A program made the position numbers and the translations under genes. Shown piece after piece: positions 25,901-37,341 of a stretch of 64,000 nt of DNA. The stretch's first letter is position 1. Each line of letters begins with the position of its first letter. The DNA is from Blepharisma stoltei ATCC 30299 (lineage: Eukaryota; Protista; Ciliophora): contig CBFDEM010000024.1 in the NCBI GenBank assembly GCA_965603825.1, positions 434,001 to 498,000 on the forward strand. The letters run 5' to 3'. The notes under the pieces are model-generated. The model saw only the letters and a list, made by a program, of their open reading frames with translations, was not told where the DNA came from and did not search any database.

Positions 25901-27004
25901 ATGTCAAGTACTGAAAGGGTGAACCAATTCCGAAACATTTATCCGGAAGAAGACTCTGAAACTAAATCCTTAAATATCACAGAAGGTAAAATTGAGTTCA
26001 AAGATGTAACAATGAGATATAATGAACACTCTGAATTCATATTGAAAGGCGTATCTTTTGAAATTGAAGGCGGAAAGCGCTATGGGGTGATTGGTAGGAC
26101 TGGATCGGGCAAGAGCACTCTATTCCAAGTGCTTTTTAGGCTCTACCATATGCAGGATGGAGCTATTTATATTGATGGACAGGACATAAACACAGTAAGT
26201 CTAGCAAGTTTGAGAAAAAATATGTCGATTATCCCACAAATACCGTTTATATTTACAGAGACTTTGAGAAATAATCTTGATCCTTTGCATGAGCATACAG
26301 ATGAAGATTTGCTTGATGCACTTGACTCCGTGAGCCTTTCTTATTATTTTCAATGTTTTAACGGTTTAGACACCCAATTGGCAAGCAATTTCTCGATATC
26401 TGCAGGGCAAAAACAATTAATTTGCCTTGCAAGAGCTATTCTAAGACAAAATAAAATTCTGGTAATTGATGAGGCTACAGCTTTCACAGATGGTCAAACT
26501 GATGAGCTCATCCAGAATATTATTTCTGAAAAATTCAAAGGATCAACAGTTTTAACCATTGCCCATAGGCTATCAACAATAATTAATTATGACGGCATTA
26601 TACTGATCGATGGAGGAGAAATCATGAAAATAGGAAAACCTGATGAAATGATAGAGAAGAGAAGAATAACGATGAGGGAGATGACCAAGAAAGGACGGTC
26701 AGACATTGAATTTGCCTTAAGGCCGCAATACGAAAGCATGACTTGTTCTAGATTAACTCTCAGTTCAATTCAAGAAACCCCGATGAGCCTCACACCAATT
26801 GCACCTCAACCTGCAAGTCCAATCAGCCATGTAGTAAAGAAAAATGCTGCGTTTTCAGAATATACAGCATACCGTGGACTGACTTATAAAAGAATTCAGT
26901 CCAGAGGTGAAGGCGATACAACTTTTTTGAAGTCTCAGTATGAAAGCATTACTGGAAGTATCAGAAGCAGTATTAGGAGATTTGAATCCATTAACATTCT
27001 TTAA
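22964..27004 (+). CDS. ABCC/MRP-family ABC transporter (TMD-NBD-TMD-NBD), 1346 aa
   Basis: One frame from ATG 22964 through TGATGA (23021-23026, ISRIIV-WW-LYPL) and TGA at 24173, 24419 (QEPW) and 25133. Walker A GSVGSGKT and GRTGSGKS; signatures LSGGQ and ISAGQ. Confidence 0.95.
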
Positions 27005-27061
27005 TGCAAAATTAATTTTAGTTTAATCTGCTCCTTTTGATTATTATTAAATTTAAAATTT

Positions 27062-28468
27062 ATGTCTAAAAATGTAAAATCAGCCTTGGTTAGCAGCAAG
27101 GCTCCTAAGCCAACAACCTTTTCAAATGAAAGATCAAGTCATCATTCAGTCAATCCAGACCTTGCGTCCACTTCTCCGACAACTTCAAAATTTTATATTA
27201 ATCTCCAAGATTTGGTCAATCTTGAAGAGATTTTATCAGGCCTTATCATAGTTTTCCAGCAAGATAAAAGTGCTTCTTATGAAATTGAAAGATGGTGAAA
27301 AATTACCGATGAAAATTCTATTGTCCGAATTGACAACCTTTTTCAAAAAGAAGAAGTCAAAGAATGCTTAAGAGAAGCTATTATACTAGAAGCAGTTGGA
27401 GTCTCTTTATCTGGATTTTTAGATTATTCTGCCTTGGGGAATGTTGAAACTAAGCTTGCTATTAATGACTTGCTTGAGCTGATTCATGAGAATTTTTTAG
27501 TAATAATTGACATCGTTTTACACAGGCTTCCGAATCATTGTTCCACAAATTCCTGAGCTGTCACTTTGCAAGCAATCACTTTTACAAAAAGGAAAAACAA
27601 ATGCTCAAAATATGAAAATATAAATGTATTATTAAGTCAAAATGAGCTAATAAAAGGAAAAATCCAAGATGTAGCTAAGGAGCACACTAATCCTGGAGCG
27701 ATGACGAGCAGAACTGCGAGATTTCTTTTGTATACCACTATTCAAATTGTAAAAGACATTGAAAGTTTCGAAGTTTTAGGTGCAAGAGAGTTATTAAGAA
27801 CTGTAATTAATGAATATTATGAACCGCCCGCATTAAACACTACAGAATCCATTGACTCTGATATCGAGATCCCATTAGCTGAAGCTCCTTATTTGCCTGA
27901 AACTGAAGAAGATATTTACACACTTGTGCTAGATTTAGATGAAACTTTAATCCACTATTACGAAGATGGAGATGAAGGAGGATTTTTAATTCGCCCAGGA
28001 TGCCAAGAATTCCTGGAAGAAGTTTCAAAACTGTATGAAGTGATCGTTTTCACAGCTGGACTTCAAGAATATGCAGATTGGGTTCTTGATCAGATTGATC
28101 CTCATAGATTTATTTCTTATAGGCTATATAGACAGCACGGATTGCCAACTGGAAATTTCTACACAAAAGACCTTTCAAGGCTTGGCAGAAATATAGAACG
28201 AGTTATAATTGTAGACAATATGGCAGAAAATTTTCGAATGCAGCCTGATAATGGGATTTTAATTAGAACTTTTATTGATGATATGACTGACAATGCATTG
28301 CTGGAACTTCTACCTTTGCTTAAAGGTAACTTATAATCAGAAATCGCTTTGAAAAAAGGCCGTGATGTAAGAAAAGCTCTCAAAAGCTTCAGAGACCAAA
28401 TGATGAGAGCAATTGCACGAGGAGACAGCAGCCCTCATCTCAATTTGCACTTAGAAGACGATTTCTAA
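27062..28468 (+). CDS. NIF/CTD small phosphatase-like (HAD, FCP/SCP) protein, ~463 aa
   Basis: Read through TGA at 27296 and 27554. TLVLDLDETLIH, RPG, FTAG..EYAD and KDLSRLGR...IVDN present. Intron 28326-28340, TAA at 28468. Confidence 0.9.
28326..28340 (+). other. 15-nt intron GTAACTTATAATCAG
   Basis: Removal restores LLKEIA....DVR and deletes an in-frame TAA. Confidence 0.87.
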
Positions 28469-28527
28469 TTTTCCATTATTTTATCTAAAATATTATCTAA
28501 TATTTTATCAATTTTCAATACAAAACT

Positions 28528-29373
28528 CTAATGTCTCCATCCCCTTTCATGACCGCCTTCCATCTGGGGCTCTAAAAATCCTCTAAACTGCTGCTTATTT
28601 ATAAGTCATCTCACGCCATATCCTTCTTGAACCCTGACTTCAATAACAGGCTCTTCGTTTGGCAAGCAATGAATATTGATCCAGACACAATTCGTAAAAA
28701 ATCTCTCTAAAACTTGCTGTGCAACTGCGTTTTTCATAGTTTCAGTACCAGTGATTTTCCCCCAGAATCCATCTGAGCTTCGATGGCAGTGCTTTGTAAG
28801 CGCTCTTGCTCCAACAGTTAAAGATGATTTTTTGCTTTCTTCAGCAGTATGAAGCTGTAAAAAGGAACGTTCAAGATTACTCTTTGACGGAGGCAAGTAT
28901 TTATCAATGCTTCCTTGGGTTCGTCTGATGCCTAAGCATGTTAGCACCCCTCTCGAGCCCATCCTCAATAGTAGATTTTCAGCCAAGCCAGGGACAGCAG
29001 GGTCATTTAATCGGCTCACAAGATCGACAACCAAGCTTGATAATACTGACAAATTTTCAATTTCTTTACGTGTTATTTCGCTATCAAAGCCTGTCAAATT
29101 TAAAAAGGAAATAGGAAATGTCCCGAGCTGACTTCATAAACAGATAACTTTCGCAAACTGCTTGATATAGTTGCCTGAGGGGTATCCTTTAAATATATAT
29201 CTGCCTTCATGCACAATGTTCATTTGCATTGAATTTTCTCGTGAAGAGTTTAATAAATTCCTCAGAAAAGCCCTTCCATAGCAGTCAATTATTTGCTTGT
29301 TCTCGCTAGTGAGAACTTCTTTTAAAATTATGTATATTTCTTCTTCAGCTGTTGAAGAATCGCTTCGATCCAT
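28528..29373 (-). CDS. Conserved uncharacterised protein (281 aa) resembling the non-ASCH part of plant 'RNA-binding ASCH domain' proteins; putative nuclease-like domain
   Basis: ORFs joined through TGA at 29134 and 28606. C-terminus LTVGARALTKH..RSSDGFWG...EVRVQEGYGVR(W)...FRGFLEPQMEGGHERGWRH, then TAG. Confidence 0.8.
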
Positions 29374-29387
29374 TTTAACTATTTAAC

Positions 29388-31925
29388 TTATTGATAATTC
29401 TTATTTGTTTTATGTAAAAGTGCAATCAAGTGCTCAAGAACCTCAGGCTTTGTAGGGGATTTATTTCTAAGGTCTTCTAGCTCTTCTTTGAGATGTGATA
29501 TGTCTTTTTCTTTGCTAGAGAGCGTTATTTCTAGGTTTTTGATTTTATCAAAATCTGAATTTTCTTTGTGTTTCATATTTTCGATCTCATTTTGGAGCTT
29601 GGATTTTTCAAAATCGGTTTCTTTTTTAAGATGGTCAATTTCAAGGCTTAAATTCATGCATTCTTCTTGAAGTCTGGTCTTGTTTTCAGGGTCAATCAGC
29701 TTTGCTCTGACTTCGTTTCTGATTTTCTGTTGAAGTTCGAAATGATTTGTATAGTGCTCTAGCTTGACCAATAAATCATTTTTATCTTCATCAAGCTTCT
29801 CATACTGTGCTTTGTATTCGTCAAACTGAGTTTGTAGGTTTTTAGTTCGGGCTTGTTCATCTTCTAATGCTTTTAAAGTTTGATTAAGGATGTTTTCAAG
29901 ATCATCCCTCTGCTTTTTGGTTTCAGATGACTGCTTTTCTTTATCAATTTCTATTTCCTTTAGCCTGCTTTCGAGTTCTCGAATTTTGATATTTGAAGAG
30001 TTCAACTCCGAAGCAACCATTTCAGCGTTTTCAGCTTTCATGTCTATTTTTCTCTGCCCTCTTATTTGTTTTATTAGTTTTTCTTTTATTTTCAGCTCAG
30101 AAGATAGTGCTTCCTGCATTTTTTGAAGCTTTACTTTAGTTTCATTTAGTTCAGCTTTAACTTCTTCTAAAGCAGGATTAAATTTATATACATCCAATTT
30201 ATCGATTTCAGAATTCAGCTTCATGATGTCTTCTTTTCATTTTTGATACTCCGATACAAGCTGTCTCTCATTATTATTCAAATAGCTATTTTTTTCAGAA
30301 GTTAAAGATGCAGCATTCCCAAAGCTATTTTTTGACTGTTTTTGTTCAATTTTTTTCTTGGCTTCTAATATATCAATTTTCTCTTTGCTTAGCTCTTCTA
30401 CTTGCTGCTGTAGTTTTTTATTCATTTCTTTTAAAGATAAAATTTCAATAGCTTGCCTTTTTGACTCTTTCTCTAGTTTTGAGGCTAAATTGCTTGAAGA
30501 ATTGTTTTTGAATTTCAAAATTTCAATTTCTTCATTAAGATGACACTCTTTCTGCTTCATAAAAGAAATGTGTTCTTCAAAGAATTTATGCTCACTTTTG
30601 GTTTTATTAAGCCTAAGCCTTAGCAGTTTATTTTCATTTTTTTTTTCGATAAACAAAGATTCTATTGAAACATCTTCTGTAGGTTTTTCTTCAATTAGCA
30701 AAGCATCTAGCCTTGTTTTTAAATAGTAATTTTCTTCTCTTACTTCATTTGCTGCTTTTTCTTTGTGCTCTATAATTTGATTCTTTTCTTTTATTTCTTC
30801 TCTTAAGCTATTTATAATATTTGTGTTATCATCTTTTTCTATTTTAAGTTTGGAGTTTTCGTTTATTAGCTCTGGAATACTGGCAAACGATCCTGTTGGC
30901 TCAATAACATTTCCTGTTTGAAGCCTATGATTTTCAACTAATAGCTGCTGAATAGTGTTAAGCAGTGTAGCTTTTTCTTTCTTAAAAGCATCTTTTTGCA
31001 GCTCAAGCTCTCTAATTCTTTTTTCTTCTTTTACAGGTAGCGATACTTGACTTTTAAGAGCCTCTTTACTTTTTAATACAAGTTCATTATAAGCCCCAAC
31101 AAGATTTTCGTAGTCTTCTCTTTGTTTAGCTATTATTGGAGATTTCCTATCTATTTCTTCAAGCAATTCATTTAGCTGCTCTTCTAATATTTCTGCTTTC
31201 TCTTCTGCCTTGCTGAGCTTGAATTTATATTCATTATTTAAGCAGGATAATTGATAAACTGATTGGTCATCAACTGTAGGCAGAACAAATTCTTGTGCTT
31301 TTTCTTCGAATTCTTCACTACACTGGATTTCTTTTTCGCATTTTAATATAGTTTTTTCTTTAATTGGGGAGAGTTCTACGCTTTCAATAACTTGGCTATG
31401 CAAAACCTTTATTTCTTGCTGATGATTTTTCAATAGTGTTTCATAGCCTATTTCAAGCTCTTTGTAGGCTCTTATTTTTTCATTTAAAGAAATTTCTAGA
31501 GTCTTGTTCTCTTCTTTGCTGAAGTGTAAATCTGTTTCGAGCCCTGAAGTCTTTACTATATATTCATTCAATTTTTTATTTAGAGTGTTGGAGTTAATGC
31601 CATATTCTAGCTCTTTTTGTTTTAGCTCTTCTTTGCATTGGGCCAGAGATTGGTTTAGGACTGCAATTTCGTTATGGATGCTGCTGATTTCTTTGTCTTT
31701 TTGGTCAAAAAGTGAATCATGTAATTTAAATAGTTTTTCTAAGCTTAATTTATATTCTTCAAGCTCTGTAATTTTCTGAGATTTATCTTTTAGCTCTTGT
31801 TCAAGGTTGTCTATAAGCTTTGACACTTTTTCATTATTAATCGTCAATAAAGATTTTTCAGCCTCGCTCTGCTCTAATAATTGCCTCTCTGCTTCGTTCA
31901 ATCTTTTCTCGCTGGGATTATCCAT
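29388..31925 (-). CDS. Long coiled-coil protein, possibly nuclear-basket TPR/Mlp1-like, 845 aa
   Basis: Joined at TGA 30237. EEIDRKSPIIAKQREDYE and FASIPELINENSKL resemble TPR/Mlp conserved segments. Confidence 0.6.
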
Positions 31926-32001
31926 TTATTTTTGTTAAATTAAGATTATTTAATAAACTGAAAAATAATCAGAGTTTTTATATAGATTTCAAATACATAA
32001 C

Positions 32002-33753
32002 TTATTTTTCGTTAAATGAAAGCTCAGTCCTGAATCCTTCAAATTCTTTTCGACTTGCTGCTAAAGAACTTTGCTGAGAATTGATGTATTCGTGGGTGTT
32101 TATTCTTTCTTCATCATATGCAGCAAGATCTTTTATGTATGATGAAGAATTGAAGCTTCTTTTTGGTTCTATTCTAGAAGCTCTTTTTGGCTCAAAATAA
32201 ACATCTATAGGCTGAATATTGGAAATATCCAAAAATGACTGTGAGATTGTGGTAGAATGCATTTCTTGAACAAGGCTGCATCTCATTCGTTCATAAGTTT
32301 TCATTTGAAGCTGGATTTCTCTATTCAACTCTTTAGATGCTGAAAAATCGTTTTTGGCTTGTGATTGTAGATTTTCAACTTCCATTTGGATTTTTGCAAG
32401 TTCTTGTTTTTCTCTTTCAAGCTCAATTTTGGCACTAGCAATTACTTCACTTTGGTTGTGTAATTCAAGAGATAATTGATGGATTCTGTACACTTCATTT
32501 TCAAACTCGCTTTGCTCAATCTCAAGCATTTGCTTTTGTTTAAAAACCTTGTTTATTTCTTCTTGGATTTCGCGTTCTCTTTGCTCGACTGATGAAAGCT
32601 TTCTCTGATATTCAGATTCGATAGAGCTGATCTGGGATCGGTTTTCTTCAAGTTTTAGCTTTTTCTCACTTAACAATTTTCTTTCTTTTTCAATGGTTTT
32701 AAGAGTTTCTTCATGATTTTTTTCTAGGATGTCTTCTCTTGTTTTCAAGTCTTCTAACTTGCTTGTTAGCTCGATTGATAGCTTCCCTTGTTGCTTGCTG
32801 AAGCCTTCACTTAAAGCTTTTAGCTTTATTCTCTCTACCTCAATTTCTTGTTTTTTTGATTTTTCTTGCTCCATAAGCATTTTGTAAAACTCAAATAAAT
32901 GTTCTCTTTCTTTCTTAATCTGAGCTTGTTCTTCATCAAACATTTTCCTTTTCTCTTCTTCAGATTTTTCGAAAAATTTGATTTCTTCTTGTAAGCTTTG
33001 TTTGATTGATTCTACATCTCTTTCTTGGCTAATGATGTTTTCTTCTCTCTGTTTAATTGTATTTTCAAGCTCAACCAGCCTATGCGATTTTTCTCTTTCG
33101 TGGTCTTCTTTTTTATCCTGCAGTTTCAAGGAGACTGAGTTGATCAAATTTGAGTTAAAATTGATGGAATCAGCAAGCATTTCTAGTTTTTCATAATACC
33201 GTTTAGAGTTCTCCAGCTCTTTAAGCTGCTCTTCATACATTTTCTTCTTCAGCTCTAAGCTTGTGGCGAATTCTAGCTTTTTGCGCTCGATTTCATCTTG
33301 GTTGTATTTGATTAATCTTTTCCTGTCTTCTTCGACTTCGTCTTTGATTTCTTGGTCAAGTTTGGCTATTCGTTCTTCCAGGTCTTTTAGAGGGTCAGCG
33401 TTTACTTTGATTTTATCCTGGGTTACGTCTGCACTCATAAAAATGATGGATCCTCGGTCATCTTCGCTAATGATGCTTCTTCTTATTTCTTTTACTGGAT
33501 AATCGCCGTCTTCTGGTGCAGATTCGAGAGAGCTTCTCCCTTTTAGTAAAGTTTTCCCTTTTTTCTCGGGCGCAGTTCCTGCTCTTTGCTCATACTTCTG
33601 ATGCTTGTGCTCATTTTTAGATGCTTCTGCATTTTTTGCTGGTTCCTTAGCTTTCATTTCCTCCTCTGCTAATATGTTTTCGAGATCTGAGAATGAGTCA
33701 GAATCAGACAAATGTTTAGGCTGAGAAGTTTTTGCTCTATTAAAAGGATCCAT
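32002..33753 (-). CDS. Coiled-coil hypothetical protein, 583 aa
   Basis: Long ORF, ATG to TAA, E/K/Q-rich heptads. Confidence 0.8.
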   Translation of the reverse strand: MDPFNRAKTSQPKHLSDSDSFSDLENILAEEEMKAKEPAKNAEASKNEHKHQKYEQRAGTAPEKKGKTLLKGRSSLESAPEDGDYPVKEIRRSIISEDDRGSIIFMSADVTQDKIKVNADPLKDLEERIAKLDQEIKDEVEEDRKRLIKYNQDEIERKKLEFATSLELKKKMYEEQLKELENSKRYYEKLEMLADSINFNSNLINSVSLKLQDKKEDHEREKSHRLVELENTIKQREENIISQERDVESIKQSLQEEIKFFEKSEEEKRKMFDEEQAQIKKEREHLFEFYKMLMEQEKSKKQEIEVERIKLKALSEGFSKQQGKLSIELTSKLEDLKTREDILEKNHEETLKTIEKERKLLSEKKLKLEENRSQISSIESEYQRKLSSVEQREREIQEEINKVFKQKQMLEIEQSEFENEVYRIHQLSLELHNQSEVIASAKIELEREKQELAKIQMEVENLQSQAKNDFSASKELNREIQLQMKTYERMRCSLVQEMHSTTISQSFLDISNIQPIDVYFEPKRASRIEPKRSFNSSSYIKDLAAYDEERINTHEYINSQQSSLAASRKEFEGFRTELSFNEK

Positions 33754-33832
33754 TTAAGTTTATTAAGTCAATTTAAATTTAATTCTATTAAATATTGATG
33801 AAGAATTGAAATTATCCACAAAGGTAACTTAT

Positions 33833-35239
33833 TTATAAAACACTATAGCAATTTTGAACTTCCTGGATTTTTCCTTCAATACTCCTGTAAATTGTCATCA
33901 AATCAAATTTTCTGCCTCTCAACAGATCAAAGGAAAGCGCAGTTAAAAAATTGCCAGCATCGTAAACAGTAACTTTGAAGTTAACGATGTCAGTTTCGGT
34001 AACTACAGTAGCCAACACCTCGTAATAGTCTTGGGATACTTCACATTCTGCGTTATATTCAAAGAGGCAATGAGAAATTATTGACATAACCTCAGTTGGA
34101 CTTAGTCCTGTGAATAATTGAAAATATTTGTGAACAGTCTCAAAATTTAACGGCAAAGGTTTAGCAATAAGATCTTCTGGAGGAATTGAAAAAGAAAGAG
34201 ATAAACTCCCCATATCACTTTCATCACCTCTGTAAAATCTGTTAGACGGGATTCCGACACCTGGCCTCTGCCCAACTGTTCTTTGTCTTAGTTCACGAGC
34301 TTTTTCAGCATTTTCAAATATCTTTTGGCGTCTGATTCTTAGTTCTTGCCCCACTTCTTGTGTCGAAGCAACAGGACCTTGATACCAAGGATGAGCTTTA
34401 ATTTGCTCAATTGTTAGCCTTTGAGAATGATTAAAAGCGAGCATGTCAGTAATCAAAGATTTAAACTCAGCGCTGTAATAATTCTGAGGCTTGTTTCTTG
34501 AGTGAAGCTGCCAAAACCTTTCTTCTTTGTTTGATAGCAGCCGATAGTAAGGCTCAGTTAAAGTTGCTTTATTAAAGGGTGGATTTTGAGAAAGCATGAT
34601 AAATAAGATGATACCTGCTGCAAACAAATCAACAGAAAATCCATTATATGGCTGCCTTGCAAGAATTTCTGGCGCCATATAATTCTCCGCCTTTAAATTT
34701 GTTTGTAAGCAGCTTGATCTATTATTTCCAGTGTCTGAAAAAGCAAACCCAAAATCAGTTAATTTTAAATTAAAATTTTCATCAAATAATATATTTTCAG
34801 GCTTCAAATCTCTATGTGCAACCCCTGCCCTATGGCAAGCTTCAAGTCCATCAATTAATTGATGAAAATAGAACCTAGATGTTCTCTCGTCAAACCTTCC
34901 AGATTGAAATAGGATATCAAAAAGTTCTCCATTTGGACAGAGCTCCATGATCATATACATACATTTATAAGTGTCACCGTTTTTCTTCGTGTAGACTCCA
35001 TTCTCGTTTGCATTAAAAATGCTTATAATATTCGGGTGGTTGAGTCTCTTCAGGCTTTGCATCTCGTTTTGGACTATTTCTCGAAATCTCGAAGAGAGCG
35101 CCTCGCATGGGAATTTCAAGATTTTTGCAGCATATGTAAATCCATTAGCAGGATCACGCACTGCTTTGACTTTTGAAAGAGCTCCTTTACCTAGTTTGTG
35201 AAGCACAATATAATTATCCAAACAGCTGTGTTGAGACAT
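33833..35239 (-). CDS. CAMK-group Ser/Thr kinase, diverged tandem paralog
   Basis: GKGA, AAK, HRDLKPEN, DFG, APE; colinear with 35630-37027. Confidence 0.92.
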   Translation of the reverse strand: MSQHSCLDNYIVLHKLGKGALSKVKAVRDPANGFTYAAKILKFPCEALSSRFREIVQNEMQSLKRLNHPNIISIFNANENGVYTKKNGDTYKCMYMIMELCPNGELFDILFQSGRFDERTSRFYFHQLIDGLEACHRAGVAHRDLKPENILFDENFNLKLTDFGFAFSDTGNNRSSCLQTNLKAENYMAPEILARQPYNGFSVDLFAAGIILFIMLSQNPPFNKATLTEPYYRLLSNKEERFWQLHSRNKPQNYYSAEFKSLITDMLAFNHSQRLTIEQIKAHPWYQGPVASTQEVGQELRIRRQKIFENAEKARELRQRTVGQRPGVGIPSNRFYRGDESDMGSLSLSFSIPPEDLIAKPLPLNFETVHKYFQLFTGLSPTEVMSIISHCLFEYNAECEVSQDYYEVLATVVTETDIVNFKVTVYDAGNFLTALSFDLLRGRKFDLMTIYRSIEGKIQEVQNCYSVL

Positions 35240-35629
35240 TATTTTATTGAAATGATAAAAATATAATTGTCAGAAGCAATCGGATTAATCTCAATATAAA
35301 ATGAAAGGTTAGGATTTATTTGCTAAATTTTCCTTATAAAGAGCTCAAAATCTTAACAATTTATTTTATTTTCACCAATTAGTGAGTCTATCATAAATAT
35401 CAATTAATTAATAAATTCTTAATGCAAGCAGCCGAAATGAATTTTATATTCCAATTCTTCAATCTAAGAAATAAATTTTTACAAAGCTTATACATTCGAC
35501 TATTTGTTTTCTATTATCTCTGCCGCATTTATTTTATTCATAATATCAGTGGTTTTTATAAAATTATATAATTCTATTTAAAATTTCTTTCAGAACACAA
35601 TTATTTAATTTCAAGAGAACTTATAATAT

Positions 35630-37027
35630 TTAGGAGCACTGGACTTCTTGAATTCTCTCTTCGACTTTTCTGTATATATTCATCAAATCAAATTTGCTCC
35701 CTTTCAATAAATCAAATGAGACCAAGGTCATGTTATTTCCAGCATCGTATACTGTGACCTTGAAATTGACCACATCAGTTTCTGTGATCACGTTGGCAGT
35801 TACTTCATAGTATCCTTGCGACATTTCGCACTCTACTTGATAATCAGAAAGGCAAATTGAAATAATTGTCATTGCTTCTTGAGGACTAAGTCCAGTAAGC
35901 ATTTGTGAATACTTGGTGACAGCTTGGAAATTAGCTGGAAGAGGCTTTGCTACCAAATCTTCTTGTGGAATTGAGAAAGAGAGTGAAAGATCACTGACTC
36001 CTGTATCGTCACCTCTATAGAATCTTCCGCCTTGGCAGACAATCCCTGGTCTATTGCCTGCAGCACTTTTCAGTCTTTGTTCACGGGCTCTTTCGGCAGC
36101 TTCTTGGATTCTTTGACGTCTTGCTCTAAGTTCGTTTCCAACTTCTTCAGCAGAAGCTGTAGGGCCATTATACCAAGGATGGGCTTTAATTTGTTCAATG
36201 GTCAGTCTCTGAGCTGGGTCTAGTGTGAGCATGTCTGTAATCAAAGATTTAAAGTCAGCGCTATAATAATTTGGAGCCTTGTTTCTTGAATGAAGCTGCC
36301 AAAATCTTTCTTCTTTGTTTGACAGAAGCCTGTAGTAAGGCTCAGTTGGGGTTGCTTTGCTGAATGGTGGGTTTTGTGAGTACATGATGAATAAGATGAT
36401 CCCGGTTGCAAATAAGTCAACAGAAACCCCACTATAAGCTTTTCTTGCATGAATTTCTGGAGCCATATAACCTTCAGTCCCTAAGTGTGTATGGAGAGCT
36501 CCTGACCCATCTCTTCCTGCTATTGCAATTGCAAACCCGAAATCAGTTATTTTTAAATTGAAGGCTTCGTCAAATAATACATTTTCAGGCTTCAAGTCTC
36601 TATGAGTAACCCCTGCTCGGTGGCAAGCTTCAAGCCCTTCAATTAGCTGGTGGAAATAAAACCTGGTGGTTCTCTCATCGAACTTCCCAGACTGGAAAAG
36701 GATATCGAAAAGTTCACCATTAGGGCAGAGCTCCATCAGCATGTACATGCAATTGTACATTGACCCGTTTTTCTTGACGTAAACTCCGTTCTCGTTTGCG
36801 TTGATTAAATTGACGATGTTTGGATGGTGAATTCTGTTTAAGCTTTGCATCTCATTTTGCACGACTTCTCTGAAACGAGCAGTGAGAGCTTCGCCTTGGC
36901 TTTTGAGAATTTTTGCGGCGTAAATGGCACCTGTGGCTGGGTCTTGAACTGCTTTCACCTTTGCAGTTGCACCTTTGCCTAGGCCTCGGAGGACGACTAA
37001 GTTGTCTAAATGACTGTTATTGGCCAT
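35630..37027 (-). CDS. CAMK-group Ser/Thr kinase with C-terminal KA1-like region
   Basis: GKGATAKV, AAK, HRDLKPEN, DFG...LHTHLGTEGYMAPE. Confidence 0.93.
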   Translation of the reverse strand: MANNSHLDNLVVLRGLGKGATAKVKAVQDPATGAIYAAKILKSQGEALTARFREVVQNEMQSLNRIHHPNIVNLINANENGVYVKKNGSMYNCMYMLMELCPNGELFDILFQSGKFDERTTRFYFHQLIEGLEACHRAGVTHRDLKPENVLFDEAFNLKITDFGFAIAIAGRDGSGALHTHLGTEGYMAPEIHARKAYSGVSVDLFATGIILFIMYSQNPPFSKATPTEPYYRLLSNKEERFWQLHSRNKAPNYYSADFKSLITDMLTLDPAQRLTIEQIKAHPWYNGPTASAEEVGNELRARRQRIQEAAERAREQRLKSAAGNRPGIVCQGGRFYRGDDTGVSDLSLSFSIPQEDLVAKPLPANFQAVTKYSQMLTGLSPQEAMTIISICLSDYQVECEMSQGYYEVTANVITETDVVNFKVTVYDAGNNMTLVSFDLLKGSKFDLMNIYRKVEERIQEVQCS

Positions 37028-37341
37028 TATTATTATAGCTGTGCTAAGAGTAACTGCTTTTATCTAAGGATTCGGACCAAATCGGGTAATAAAAATTTCA
37101 AAAAATTAGAAAAATTATTGTGAATTTATCAAATTAATTGTGCAACGTGGTCTATTTAGATTTTATTATCAATAAAAAATATGAAATTTAATAAAGTAAA
37201 TAAAAGTAAGGAAAGATAATAATTATATATGAGAGAAAATATTGTAAAGGAAAATGGTGAAGATCAGAAATAATTATTTCATGCAAAGTTTGAGATAAAA
37301 ATTGTCGCCTACTCCCTTAGCGAAAGCCCCATAAAATATTT

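Noticed and set aside
22964-27004. Apparent multi-gene 'operon' or pseudogene fragments (ABC transporter, NDUFAF7, INTS11 and others)
   Set aside because: Fragments share one frame and are separated only by TGA at Trp positions or by 15-nt introns, so each is a single intact gene.
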